Assembly: GCF_963921235.1 (NCBI RefSeq)
Contig: NC_086108.1
Coordinates: 14,942,001-15,006,000, forward strand
DNA from: Mobula hypostoma
Lineage: Eukaryota
DNA length: 64,000 nt
Reading direction: 5' to 3'
In this document: one piece after another, positions 38,085 through 50,270 of the stretch
How the letters are laid out: each line of letters opens with the position of its first letter
Numbering within the stretch: position 1 is the first letter of the stretch
Program-made: the position numbers and the translations under genes
Notes under the pieces: generated by a model
Told to the model about the DNA's origin: nothing
Seen by the model: the letters and a program-made list of their open reading frames with translations, nothing else
Database searches by the model: none

Positions 38085-39015
38085 TTGACATCTATTTAAT
38101 TCCCCTCCTCATTCCCACACCAACTATCTGTCGTGGCCTCCACCACTGCCAGTCATGAGGCCACATAGAAAATAGGGGAACAGCACACCGCCATGGGCAA
38201 ATGGGACTAGCTTTAATAGGCATTTTGGTCAGCATGGACAAGTGAGTCAGAGGATGGTTTCTCTGCTCGACTCCATGACTCTAGTCTACAAATCAATGGT
38301 AGGATCAGAGGGCACAGCCTCTGAATAGAGGGATGTCTATTTAGAACAGAAATTAGGAGGAATTTCTTTAGCCAGAGGTTGGTGAATCTGTGGAATTCAT
38401 TGCCAGAGATGGTTGTGAAGCCATTGGATATATTTAGAGCAGAGGTTAATAGGTTCTTGATTAATAAGGGTATCAAAGGTTATGGGGAGAAAACAGCAGA
38501 ATGGGGTTTAGAGGGATAATAAATCAGCCATGATGGAATGGTGCAGCAGCTTGATGGGCCGAATGTACTAATTCTGCTACTGTGTCTTATGGCATGAACA
38601 TTGAATTCTCCAACTTCAGGTAACCCCTCTCTCTCTTCCTGATCTATCCAGTTCCTCCTAAATTCACCAAGCCCTCATCACCCTGATACTTCCTCCTCCT
38701 CCCACTCCATCAACCCATCACCCACACGCTCCTCCCACTGGTTCCCCTGGCCTACTGTTCCCAATTGCTCTCTCCATTTTTATTTCATCATCCATCTTCC
38801 TCTCCTGTCAGATACTCCCACCTCCCAGCCTCTGTCACTATTCCCACTTTCCCAGCCCCCATCTGCCTACATTCCTCCTCATCTAGATCTAGCTATCACC
38901 TCCAGCCCTTCCCCTTCATTTTTTAATGACAACTATCTCCCCTCTATCTTTCAGGTCAGGTGGAGGGTATCAACCAAAACATTGACTGTCCACTTTCCTC
39001 CCACAGATGCTGAGG
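38085..39015 (+). mobile_element. Old Penelope-like 3' fragment split by CR1 3' ends (~38190-38592)
   Basis: TTTAATTCCCCTCCTCATTCCCAC...GAACAGCACACC, resuming at GGCATGAACATTGAATTCTCCAACTTCAGGTAA; decayed ribozyme-bearing end near 38955-39010. Confidence 0.65.
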
Positions 39016-41243
39016 TTCTCCCCATACAGGGAGTGGCTCTGACCAGGAGAGTGTGGAAGCAGGGTCTGTCAATAATAGGATCATCACTTGCAGACTAAGG
39101 AGACATGCTGGGCTGGCATGCAGTTAGTGGACCAAATGGCCCTCTGTAGCTGTAGGTGAAGGTTGCTGACAAGGCAGATGCTTGTGGGGAGAAGTGAAAC
39201 CAGTATCCCGAGGGAAAGCTGGTGGCGACCCTGATGGTATCTTCCCACCACTGGTCACCCACCCACTCCTCCAGATGGACTTCGCTAATTCATGTGGTCT
39301 GGTAGAGCATTGGCAGCCTGTTTGCCCTGGTAACGAGCAAACTCTCCTGCATGACGCTTCCGGGAATATCACAAAGAGGAGTTGTAGCTTGAGCTTGTGT
39401 TATTAAATACTGTTCCTTTTGTGTGAAGTACAAAGCCTGGTGATATTGAAAGGCCTCATTGTGTTAGCTCTGCATTAGGCTCAAAGTGGAGCGGCTGTGA
39501 TGATGTTGCCAAATATGAAGAAACAAACTGTTTACTCGCAAAGTATATTTCAGCAATTTCTAAAGAATGTAACGTAAGACATTGAACTAACAGCACTTTT
39601 AACACGACGTTATTCTACTGTTTAAGTAACGAGTTACTTACTCACCCGGATCATCATCTTGTTTAACGACCCTGTTAGGTTCCAGGCAAGTTTATGATGC
39701 TGGATCCCACAGCAGTGAAACCTTGGGAATTGGTTAGTCTGAGCTCTGACAAATGAGTATTTGGTCTCTGCTATCATTCTGAGAGCTGATCACTGTGGAC
39801 AAGGTTTCAGTCTGAATCTAGACTGTAAAATTTCATTAGACACCCCACCCCCTCCTATCTGTCCCTGATTTGTGTGTCACCTTGTCTTCCTTTTGTGGGG
39901 ATAGTGCCGGGCTGAGTCCACCCTGCTCTGGGAAATCTTTAGTGGGACAGTGTGGGTTACTGAGAAGCCTACCAGTTAATTGTGCAGCTCCAGTCTGTCA
40001 CCTGGTGAACAGGGAACTGACACCTTGGGAAAAAGTTGATTCCAAATACTGAGGTCTGCCTGAGTGCAGTCACGTCACCTCACGCTGCAGTGGCTAACAT
40101 TCCCACAGCCCCAGGGAATAAAGAGCAATTATGTGATGTTCTTGGCAACAACTCAGGACCCAACAGGATGCTGCAGCCTGTTCCAGAGTGGCTGGTTGAA
40201 GACCTTTCTTCCCCTGCCCTCTTCTAATCCAGCTCTGTGGGAGCCCCAAGTGAGTCTTGTACCCACTGCTGGACAGGGGACCATTCTGCCCAGCCCACCA
40301 TTTCTACTGTCCCTCCACCCCATGGCTCTGCTCCTGCCCCAAAGCCTGGCAGTCGCCTTTAGGTCAGTCCGTGGCAGTGATTAGTGTAATGTATCAATGC
40401 ATTTACCCTTGAAAGACTCTCAGACCAGGGTAGAGACAAACTGTTCACTGCCACAAAGGGCTAACAGTGTGGGACAGGGAGCTTGGGTGCCATCAGGGCT
40501 CATCTGTAATAACTGATCCCAGTAAAATTCCAGTCAAGATATAAGTGAGGCAAATTGGTTACACAGAGAAGGGTTGATATCTTGAACTCTCCACCAGAAA
40601 GGTGGTATATACAGATACAATCGCCAGTTTTAAAAGACATTTAGACAAGATTTGAATAGCTAGGCATAGACGGATATGGACTTAATGTGGGCAAGTGGCA
40701 ATAATATGGATGGATAAAAGGGTTAGCATGGACACAGTGGGCTGAAGGGCCCGTTTCTGTTCTGTACAACTCTTGTGATTCTATTTCAATGAGATCACCT
40801 CTCATCCTTCTAAATGATAGGACAAATATAACACAGCGGTTTAAGAGGTTCTTAGACAAGCACACAAATGTGCAGAAAATAGAGGGATATCATGGACATT
40901 GTGAAGGCAGAAGGAAGGGATTAGCTTAATTAGGCATCTAAACACTAGCTTAATTAGTTGGCACACTATCAACTCTGCTCTTAAACGCATCTCCTCCATT
41001 TCACGTACATCTATCTGCTCTCACTCCATCCTCCCACCACCCCACTAGGAATAGGGTTCCCCTGGTCCTCACCTACCACCCCACCAGCCTCCGGGTCCAA
41101 CATATTATTCTCCGTAACTTCCGCCACCTCCAACGGGATCCCACCACTAAGCACATCTTTCCCTCCCCCGCCTCTCTGCATTCCGCAGGGATCGCTCCCT
41201 ACACAACTCCCTTGTCCATTCGTCCCCCCCATCCCTCCCCACT

Positions 41244-41672
41244 GATCTCCCTCCTGGCACTTATCCGTGTAAGCGGAACAAGTGCTACACATGCCCTTAC
41301 ACTTCCTCCCTTACCACCATTCAGGGCCCCAAACAGTCCTTCCAGGTGAGGCATCACTTCACCTGTGAGTCGACTGGGGTGATATACTGCGTCCGGTGCT
41401 CCCGATGTGGCCTTTTATATATTGGTGAGACCCGACGCAGACTGGGAGACCGCTTTGCTGAACATCTATGCTCTGTCCGCCAGAGAAAGCAGGATCTCCC
41501 AGTGGCCACACATTTTAATTCCACATCCCATTCCCATTCTGACATGTCTATCCACGGCCTCCTCTACTGTAAAGATGAAGCCACACTCAGGTTGGAGGAA
41601 CAACACCTTATATTCCGTCTGGGTAGCCTCCAACCTGATGGCATGAACATTGACTTCTCTAACTTCCGCTAG
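41244..41672 (+). pseudogene. Uninterrupted Cys-linker + GIY-YIG endonuclease domain (5'-truncated, no ATG)
   Basis: DLPPGTYPCKRNKCYTCP...VIYCVRCSRCGLLYIGETRRRLGDRFAEH...ATHFNSTSH...EEQHLIFRLGSLQPDGMN; the Cys linker and CCHH pattern are typical of the Neptune clade. Confidence 0.88.
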
Positions 41673-41965
41673 GCCCCACCTCCCCCTCGTACCCCAGCTG
41701 TTACTCATTTTTATGCACACATTCTTTCTCTCACTCTCCTTTTTCTTCCTCTGTCCCTCTGAATATACCTCTTGCCCATCCTCTGGGTCACCCCCCCCCC
41801 GTCTTTCTCCCTAGGCCTCCTGTCCCATGATCCTCTCGTATCCCCTTTTGCCTATCACCTGTCCAGCTCTCGGCTCTATCCCTCCCCCTCCTGTCTTCTC
41901 CTATCATTTTGCATCTCCCCCTCCCCCTCCAGCTTTCAAATCCCTTACTCACTCTTCCTTCAGTT

Positions 41966-42001
41966 AGTCCTGACGAAGGGTCTCGGCCTGAAACGTCGAC
42001 T
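41966..42001 (+). ncRNA. Minimal hammerhead ribozyme motif, intact core
   Basis: AGTC-CTGACGA-AGGGTCTCGGCCT-GAAAC-GTC-GACT. Confidence 0.78.
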
Positions 42002-42611
42002 GCGCCTCTTCCTAGAGATGCTGCCTGGCCTGCTGCGTTCACCAGCAACTTTGATGTATGTTGCAGTTCATGAGCTGTACTGTTATATGTTCTATAAGGC
42101 CAATCCATTTAATCTTCTCTCAGAGAAGAAACACTCACTCTCAGCAACATCCCTCTGGCCCATCCATCCTGGTAGAAGGCCTTGAGACATGAGATCCAAA
42201 CCTCCACAATCTGTGAGAGCACCCCAACAAAGCTTTTCCAAACCAGCCTGTGGAAGCCAGGTCATTGAGTACATTTAAGGTGGAATTTGATAGGTTCTTG
42301 ATCAGTCAGGGCATGAAAGACAAGAAGGCAAGAGAATGGGGTTAAGAGGGAAATGGATCAACCGTGGGGAAATGACAGATCAGACTCAATGGGCCGAATG
42401 GTCTAATTCTGCTCTTATGTTTTAAGTTTGGAAGGCTCCAATTATCACACTTTGCAGACGCAGCATCTTCCGACACTCTATTGTGGAGAAATGATTACCG
42501 ACATTCTCTCTGGCCTCAGCATACTTACTGTACCCATGATAAATAGGCACAAGTGTGAAGTAGGCAGATTGTGACCTTAGAGGTGGAATCAGCCAAAGCT
42601 CCAGTTCCAGA

Positions 42612-44268
42612 GAGACCTACTGTGTGGGCAGGAGGAAGAAATATGTACAGTGTTGGTGGTGGGGGAGAGATACCTACAGTGTGGGCAGTGGGAAAAGATA
42701 CCTATAATGTGGGCAGAGGGAAAGATACTTACAGTGTGAGCAGGGGGAAATACACCCATAGTGTGGGCAAAATGGGAGAGGCAGCTACAGAGTGGGTACC
42801 AGGGAAAGATACCTACAGACTGGGCAAAGGGAGAGAGATACCTACAGTGTGAGCAAAGGGAGAGAGATACCTACAGAGTAGGTAGGAGGGTGAGATACCT
42901 ACAGTGTGGGCAGGGGGCAGAGATACCTACAGAGATGGCAAAGTGGGAGAGAGATACCTCCAGTGTGATTAGGGGGCAGCAATAACTACAGGGTGGGTAG
43001 GGGAAGAGATACCTACAGGGTGGGTAGGGGAGAGAGACACCTACAGGGTGGGTAGGGGGGAAAGATACCTACGGTGTGGGCAAAGGAGGAGAGATACCTA
43101 CAGGGTGGGTGGGGGGGGAGATACCTACAGGGTGGGTAGTGGGCAGAAAGATACTTACAGTGTGGGCAAAGGGAGAGAGACACCTACAGAGTGGGTAGGA
43201 GGGAGCAATACCTACAGAGTGGGCAAAGTGGCAGAGAGATACATACAGGGTGGGTAAGAGGGAGAGATACCTCAGAGTGGGTAGGGGGGAAGAGATACCT
43301 ACAGTGTGGGTAGGGGGGAAGAGATACCTACAGTGTGGGCAAAGGGAGAGAGATACCTACAGAGTGGGCAAAGGGGGAGAGATACCTACAGGGTGGGTGA
43401 GGGGGAGATATCTACGGTGTGGGCAAAGGGAGAGAGATACTTACAGTGTGAGCAAAGGGAGAGAGACATCTACAGAGTGGGTAGGAGGGAGCAATACCTA
43501 CAGAGTGGGCAAAGAGAGAGAGATACTTACAGTGTGGGTAGGAGGGAGAGATACCTCAGAGTGGGCAAAGAGAGAGAGATACTTACAGTGTGGGTAGTGG
43601 AGAGAGATACCTACAGGGTGGGTAGGGGGAGAGATACCTACAGGGTGGGTAGGAGGGAGCAATACCTACAGAGTGGGCAAAGTGGGAGAGAGATACATAC
43701 AGGGTGGGTAGGAGGGAGAGATACCTACAGAGTGGGCAAAGTGGGAGAGAGATACATACAGAGTGGGTAGGAGGGAGCAACACCTACAGAGTGGGCAAAG
43801 TGGGAGAGAGATACATACAGGGTGGGTAGGAGGGAGAGATACCTACAGAGTGGGCAAAGAGAGAGAGATACTTACAGTGTGGGTAGTGGAGAGAGATACC
43901 TACAGGGTGGGTAGGGGGAGAGATACCTACAGGGTGGGTAGGGGGGAGAGATACCTACAGTGTGGGTAGGGGGAGAGATACCTACAGTGTGGGTAGTGGA
44001 GAGAGATAACTACAGTGTGGGTAGGGGGAGAGATACCTACAGTGTGGGTAGTGGAGAGAGATAACTACAGTGTGGGTAGGGGGAGAGATAACTACAGTGT
44101 GGGTAGGGGGAGAGATACCTACAGTGTGGGTAGTGGAGAGAGATACCTACAGTGTGGGTAGGGGGAGAGATAACTACGGTGTGGGTAGTGGAGAGAGATA
44201 CCTACAGTGTGGGTGGGGGGGGAGATACCTACAGTGGACAAAGGGAGAGAGATACCTACAGTGTGGGC
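42612..44268. repeat. G/A-rich degenerate minisatellite, ~29-32 bp unit, roughly 50 copies
   Basis: Consensus approximately GAGATACCTACAG(T/G/A)GTGGGTAGGGGGA with a GTGGGCAAAG variant; more homogeneous toward 43900-44260. Confidence 0.95.
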
Positions 44269-44954
44269 TCGCACCTCAGCAGTAAATGTGTAACATTCTA
44301 CCTTCCACCATAGATAATCAGTTTACTTTCTACACAATCAATGCCTCTTCATTTAAACACATTGATTGGATCAACCTTTCACCTTCTAGTGTTACAATTA
44401 TGTCACTGATTGAACATACTTGGATCATCTCTCAGTGGTGATCTCCCCATGCTCAATGCCTACCTATCAGAGCTTTGTTCCTTTCATAACCCTTGCTAAT
44501 TGCTTCCATCCATTCCACGCTCTGACTCTCCTACCAGTGCTTGAACACAGTCAGAACATTATCACACTGCGAGCTTCGATGTGGGTAGTGAGGAAAAGTC
44601 ATGAGGAGGGTATGGAGAGTCTCCAGGAGCCAGGGCTTTGAGCTCTACAACTGATAACTCCACTACCAAAGTCACAGAGTTGAGCAACTAGGAGAAACTG
44701 GAGAGGTGCCAAGATCTAAGTAGGAATAAAAGGAGTTTATAGACCAGGATGGGCGAGGTTCAGGGAGATATCTCATTTAGTAATGGCTGAAGTCTGGGAT
44801 ATATAACTTTATTCTTTCATCTGTCATTCATAAAAGACATATCAAATCAAGGTGTCAGTATTTACTGCCAATTCCACATCCATCAGCATCTCTCTCTGCC
44901 TCCTGCTCTTTATCCAAGTTCCAGTGTCTGTCCAAAGGCCAGTTCAAGTCCTGG

Positions 44955-45197
44955 TGTTGTATATTTAATATCTCAGTAATATTTGAGTAATCTTGTGTGT
45001 CTGTGTCTGTGTGGTGTGTGTGTTGATTAAGCATTCTTGTTCATTTAAATAAACTATTATGGGTTATTCGTAAAAATACATGAATTGCATATGTCATCAC
45101 ACTACCATGTGATACATACATGTCTCGCTTAAAGTAAATTCGAATTTAGACTCACATTTCAGACTCCTGTGTCTTCCTGACATTACCAAACATAACA
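44955..45197 (+). mobile_element. Probable solo LTR
   Basis: TGTTGTAT...AACATAACA termini, AT-rich interior, AGTAAA near 45133, sharp compositional boundaries; no TSD seen. Confidence 0.55.
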
Positions 45198-46479
45198 GCT
45201 ATGTGCTCACACTATACTACCAAGTCAAAATGAATAAAATAACACCTCGGATACCCTGTGCAATGTTAGTTCTGCGGTGGGCAACTCAAATCACTGTGGC
45301 CGTGACTCCGGGAAGACCTCTATCCTGGGGCCCAGCCTCTCCGGATACCAGCAGCTGCTACCATGGGACTGAACCAACCATATAACCAAGATTGACCCTA
45401 GTCTCAACCTTAGAGTTGCAGTCCTCCTTTAACAACCAATAGTAAACACACCATAGCCTACTGGATCAATGATTTCTCCATTACTTGCAGGTGTGTCATC
45501 AGAGATGGACGTCCAGTAGCAGCACTTGTGGCTCTCTCAAATCAGTTCTTACCTGTCTGACTGGCAGCATCTACGGCAGATGTTGCATCTAAAAGGCAGC
45601 ATCTACTATCAAGGACCCCTACCATCCATGTCATGCCGCCTTCTCACTGCTATCATTGAACAGGAGGTACCACACCACCACATTTAGGACCCTCTGCAAT
45701 CCTACAACCATCAGGTTCCTGAACTGACCTACACAACCTGAACCCTACCTCAGCAATGGAACACCTCGAAGCACATCTTGCGCTACAATGGATTTGTCTT
45801 CAATGGTGATTTTTTTTTTGTACTGATGCCTTGTCTTGCACAGTTCCTTTCCTCTTTGCTGTTCTGTATAATTTACATATAACTTATATTCTATGTGTTG
45901 TCTGCAGCTATAAGCCTGTGATATTGCTGCAAGTAAGTTTTTCATTTTCATAATTTCAAGTAAAACATTTCTAGCAAAAGGTTGGAAACGAGAAATAAAA
46001 TTACAAGACACAGGAAGCCCAGGATTTCATAATCTGTAAACAGCGACTCTGTTTCTCTTCCCACAGATCCTGCTTGACCAGCTGAGTGTTTCCAGTGTTG
46101 GTTTCTACGATTTCCCTCATAGAACTTGCAACCCTTGTAACAGGGACTTCTTGAATATACACCTGATCTGATGTTGCCTTATCCTGAACTCCTTTGACCT
46201 AACTCTCATAGGTATATGTATTGTAAGCTTACCTGGTTATATGACATTTAAAAGATATTAGGATAGATACATATAGAGGAAAGATTTGGAGGAATAATGG
46301 CCAAGCACAGTCAAATTGGACAAGGTCAGTTAAGAAAACTGGTTGCCATGGATGAGATGGGCAGAAGGTCCTGTTTTTCTGCATTGTACAACTCTTGATA
46401 CTAATATATTGCTGCAGAACCTAGTGCCTTATTGTTACAAGATCAGCTTAGAACATTATTTACATCTCTACTGGTCATG

Positions 46480-46562
46480 TCCCAACAACTCCATGGCATC
46501 CTTTACATCCTGGGAAGGGTAGTAGGACCCTGACTTAACATCTTTTGATGACAACACTGGCA
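46480..46562 (-). mobile_element. Deu-SINE core relic
   Basis: CCATGGCATCCTTTACATCC...GACTTAACATCTTTTGATGACAACACT resembles the reverse complement of the recalled Deu domain. Confidence 0.45.
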
Positions 46563-46867
46563 AAAACCATTTAGCTGTTTTAATAGCTGCACTGAGCTAT
46601 TCTTATCCAAACCCTCAATGCCGAGCATTTTAAAAAAAATATTTTCTTCATGGAGATATTATATTTGGGTTGAAGCTCCTTAGCCACTCCTGGTTTCCTG
46701 AGTAAGGGCCAGATGGGGAACTAGCAGAGGGGATCAAAGGCTGGGAAGAAGCAGGTGGTCATTACAGAAGGAGAGTATAAACCAGGAGGGTTCTAACTAG
46801 GAAGGGTACAAATGAGATCAGATACAGATCAGGGAGGTAGAGTTGAAATGGGAGGTTAAAACAAAGG

Positions 46868-47190
46868 ATGGCAGCACGGTCGCATAGCAATTACTATAAC
46901 ACTTGACAGTGCCTGTGACCGGTTCAATTCCCACCACTACCTGCAAGGAGTTTGTATGTTATCCCCATGACCACATGGGATTCCTCCAGATGCTCCAGTT
47001 TCCTCCCAAATATCAAAGAAGTAAGGCTTAGTAATTTGTGGACATACAATGTTGGTGACAGAAGCATGGCAATACTCATGGCCTGCCCCCAGCACATCAT
47101 TGGACTGTAGTGGTCGTTGACACAAACAATGCATTTCACTGTGTGTTTCAATTGTTTCAATGTACATGTGACAAATAAAGCTAAGCTTTT
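46868..47190 (+). mobile_element. V-SINE with a non-CR1 (Rex1/L2-like) tail
   Basis: GGTTCAATTCC B-box, ATGGGATTCCTCCAGATGCTCCAGTTTCCTCCCA V-core, tail GTTTCAATGTACATGTGACAAATAAAG. Confidence 0.75.
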
Positions 47191-48174
47191 ATCTAATGTT
47201 CTTTCCAGGGATCTAGGCTAGGAAGGTAAGGTTAGAGAGGAGGCAATGAAGACACAGCTGCCAGTGACAGCAGGGAACTGCTGAAAAAATGCCAGCTTTC
47301 ACTTTCCGACATACACGTGAACCAGCTGTGGCTTTACAAGACACCTTCATCATCACTTTAGACAAGATCTCTTTATTGCCTGAATTACTTCAGAAATTTT
47401 CAGAGTTGCATTCTTGCCATGGAGCATTCGCCCTGTTACATAACCACAGTCCGACCACAATTTATCAGCATAATCTTTCCTAAGCAATACTTCTTTACAA
47501 TCAGTAAAATAAGATCCCATTGGGCCGAAGTCCACCTCGAACAGCTGAGCAGACACTTCTGCCACGGCTCCACTTCTTGATCTTATCAGGTGTTGCAAGC
47601 CTGCTGTACCAGCATGTGTCTGTCAGAGAAAACAGCAGCAGCCACCAACAGGCCACGTGCCTCGCAAGGTGGAGATGTAGACAAGGAGCTAGGTGTTTCA
47701 AAGGAGTCAACAAATGTAATTTTCACCGCCATTAACTAAGGACTGCGCTGGGTTAATGAGGGTGGTGTTAAACAAGGGAGAATTTAAATGGAGGAAATTT
47801 TAATTGGTTTATTATTGCTACACATACAAAAGTAAAATGAAAAATTTTGTTCTGCATGCCAACCATATGCATCATTTCACAATATCAGTATATCAAGGTC
47901 GTAGAGTGGATCAGCAATAACAGAACACTGAATATAGTTTTACAGTTACAGAGAAAGTGCAGTGCAGGAAGACAAGGATCCAGTTACAAAGGCAGATATT
48001 GATTCCCAGGTCTAGGAGTTGGAGAATTGTTTACCTGGAATTACAACATCGAAGGCAGACATGTAATCAATAAACAATAGGTGGCCTTGCTGTACAGGTG
48101 CTCCAGAGATAAGCGTAGGGCCAGGGAGATGACATCTGCAATAAATGTTTTTCAACCGTAGGCAAATTGCAGAG

Positions 48175-48860
48175 GGTGAGGTTGCCTGCCAGGCTGAAGC
48201 TGATGTATGCTATGACCAGCAAAGAACTTCACGATGGTGGACTTTAGAGCCACAGGGCAGTAGTCATTAGGGTTCACAGTCAAGGCAGGTTACCTTGTTC
48301 TTTTAATGTATTGGGATGATACTGGCCTTCTTAGAGCAGGTGGTTAAAAATACATACAAATACCCCCACCAGCTGATCTGTTCAGGATCAAAGGGCATGG
48401 CAAGGACTCCATCTAGCCCAGGTGCTTTCCAGAGGTTCATTCTCCAAAGACTGATCTGACATCTGCAACAATGACTGTAGGTTTGGGTGCATTAGAGGCT
48501 GCCAGGGGCAGGAGGTAACATTTCAATCCCCTCCTGTTCAAAGTGTGCGTGGAATGTGTTAAAATCATTGGAGAGAGAGGCATTGTTGCCAGCAATACTG
48601 CCCAACTTTGTTTAGTAGCCCTGCTACAGTTCACAGCTGGTCTGAGATTCAGCTTTGAAGCGGTATAGTCTTTTGGCATCCATAACAGCTTTTTACAAAG
48701 GTTGTATCTCCATTTCTTGCATAGGTTGGGGTCACCCAATTTGAACACCACAGTCCTACACTTCAGTAGGGAGTGGATCTCTTGGTTCATCCATGACTTC
48801 TGATTTGAGAACATCCGGATTGACATGTTTGGCACACTGAGTTCTACTCACTTTCTGGTA
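48175..48860 (-). mobile_element. Decayed Rex1-like LINE internal fragment
   Basis: FSNQKSWMNQEIHSLLK, NDYCPVAL on the minus strand. Confidence 0.7.
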
Positions 48861-49769
48861 AAGTCCTTGAATTTCTGAATAACAGACCACAATCAGTAAG
48901 GATGGCAGCAACATTACCGCCATGAATATCCTAAATAATGGCGTTCTACAAGACTTTGTGGCCAGATTCTGCTCTAAATCCATCTATAAGCTTGCAGATG
49001 ACTCCAACAAGTGTGTCAAATCTCAAATAACAATGAGTCAGCAAACAGGAAGAAGATAGCCTCGTGACATGATGTCATGGTAATAACCTTTGCCTCAATG
49101 TCAGCAAATTATTGTCCACCTGGACTGCATTTTCTCTGTAACTGTTAACACTATATTCTGCATTGTCATTGTTTTCCTTTGTGCTATCTTCATGCACTGT
49201 TGTAATGAAAAGATCTCCATGATGACATGCTAAACCAAGTGTTTCAATGTACATGTGACAGTAATAAACCAATTCCAATTCCAGTAAGGTGCAAGGCTGT
49301 ATCAAGGTAGGCTGTGAAGTCAAGAGTTCATCTTATCATTCTAGGAGACCATTCAATAGTCTTATGATAGGATAGAAGCTGTCCTTGAGCCTGGCGGTAC
49401 ATGTTTTCAGGCTTTTGCATCTTCTTCCCGACAGGAGTCGGAAAAAAAGAGGAAACGAAATGAGGAATGATTTAATTGAAAGAAGATTTAATTGAGAGAG
49501 GATTTAAATGGGAAATTATAAATTAGGGAATATTTAATTGAGGAAGGTTTTAAATGAGGGAGAGGTGGAGAAACAGAGAGCTGTTGGGTGGGAATTCCTG
49601 AGCTTCGGTCCGAGGCAGCTGAAGGGTGCCAGGGTGGAAGACAGGAAGCTGGGTGTCATGCAGAGGCAGTGGGAGATGGGGAATTTTACAATTTGCGCAA
49701 GCTTAACCCACTGCCCTACTCTCCCTATTCCCTACACTCACCACTGCATGGCTAGGCACATCTAAAAAC

Positions 49770-50270
49770 CATCATCTATAAATTTGCAGATGACACTACA
49801 GTTTTTGGCTCACCTAGGACGCTGGCAAATTTCTAAAGATGGACAGCAGAGAGCATTCTGACTGCTTGCGCTCCCGCCTGGTATGGAGGCTCCAAAGCGC
49901 AGATCGAGAAGGCTGCAGAGTTGTAGATTCAACCATATGCATCATGGACACAATCCCCGCCACTGTCGAGGATATCTTCAATAGGCTATGCCTCAAAAAG
50001 GCAGCATCTAACATTACGGCCCTCACCATCTAGGACAAGCTCTTTTCTCATTATTACCATCAGAGAAGATAAACAAGAGCCTGAAGACCCACACACAATG
50101 TTTTAGGAACAGCTTCCCTTTCGCCATCGGTCTATGAACTTTGCTATTCCTTTTACAAACGTTTACTTTTATTGTAACACAGTAATTGTTACGTCTTGTA
50201 CTGTACTGTTGGCACAAAACAACAAATTTCGTGACATATGTCGCTGATTATAAACTGGATTCTGATACTG
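49770..50270 (+). mobile_element. Decayed Rex1-like 3' fragment
   Basis: YKFADDTT, EDIFNRLCLKKAASNI, tail ATAAACTGGATTCTGATACTGATT. Confidence 0.7.

Larger units (their letters stand above)
40968..42065 (+). mobile_element. Penelope-like element 3' ~1.1 kb, young copy
   Basis: Colinear and highly similar to 16119-17206; inserted into a CR1 3' tail; no TSD recognised. Confidence 0.93.

Noticed and set aside
42530..42617. Minus-strand exon ending ACA|GTAAGT next to the minisatellite
   Set aside because: The open frames give no recognisable protein, and the acceptor is supplied by the repeat's pyrimidine strand; unsupported.
42571..44285. Multiple repetitive ORFs (RDTYRVG / EIPTVW / RYLQCG)
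   Set aside because: Three-frame translations of the minisatellite with constant frameshifts.
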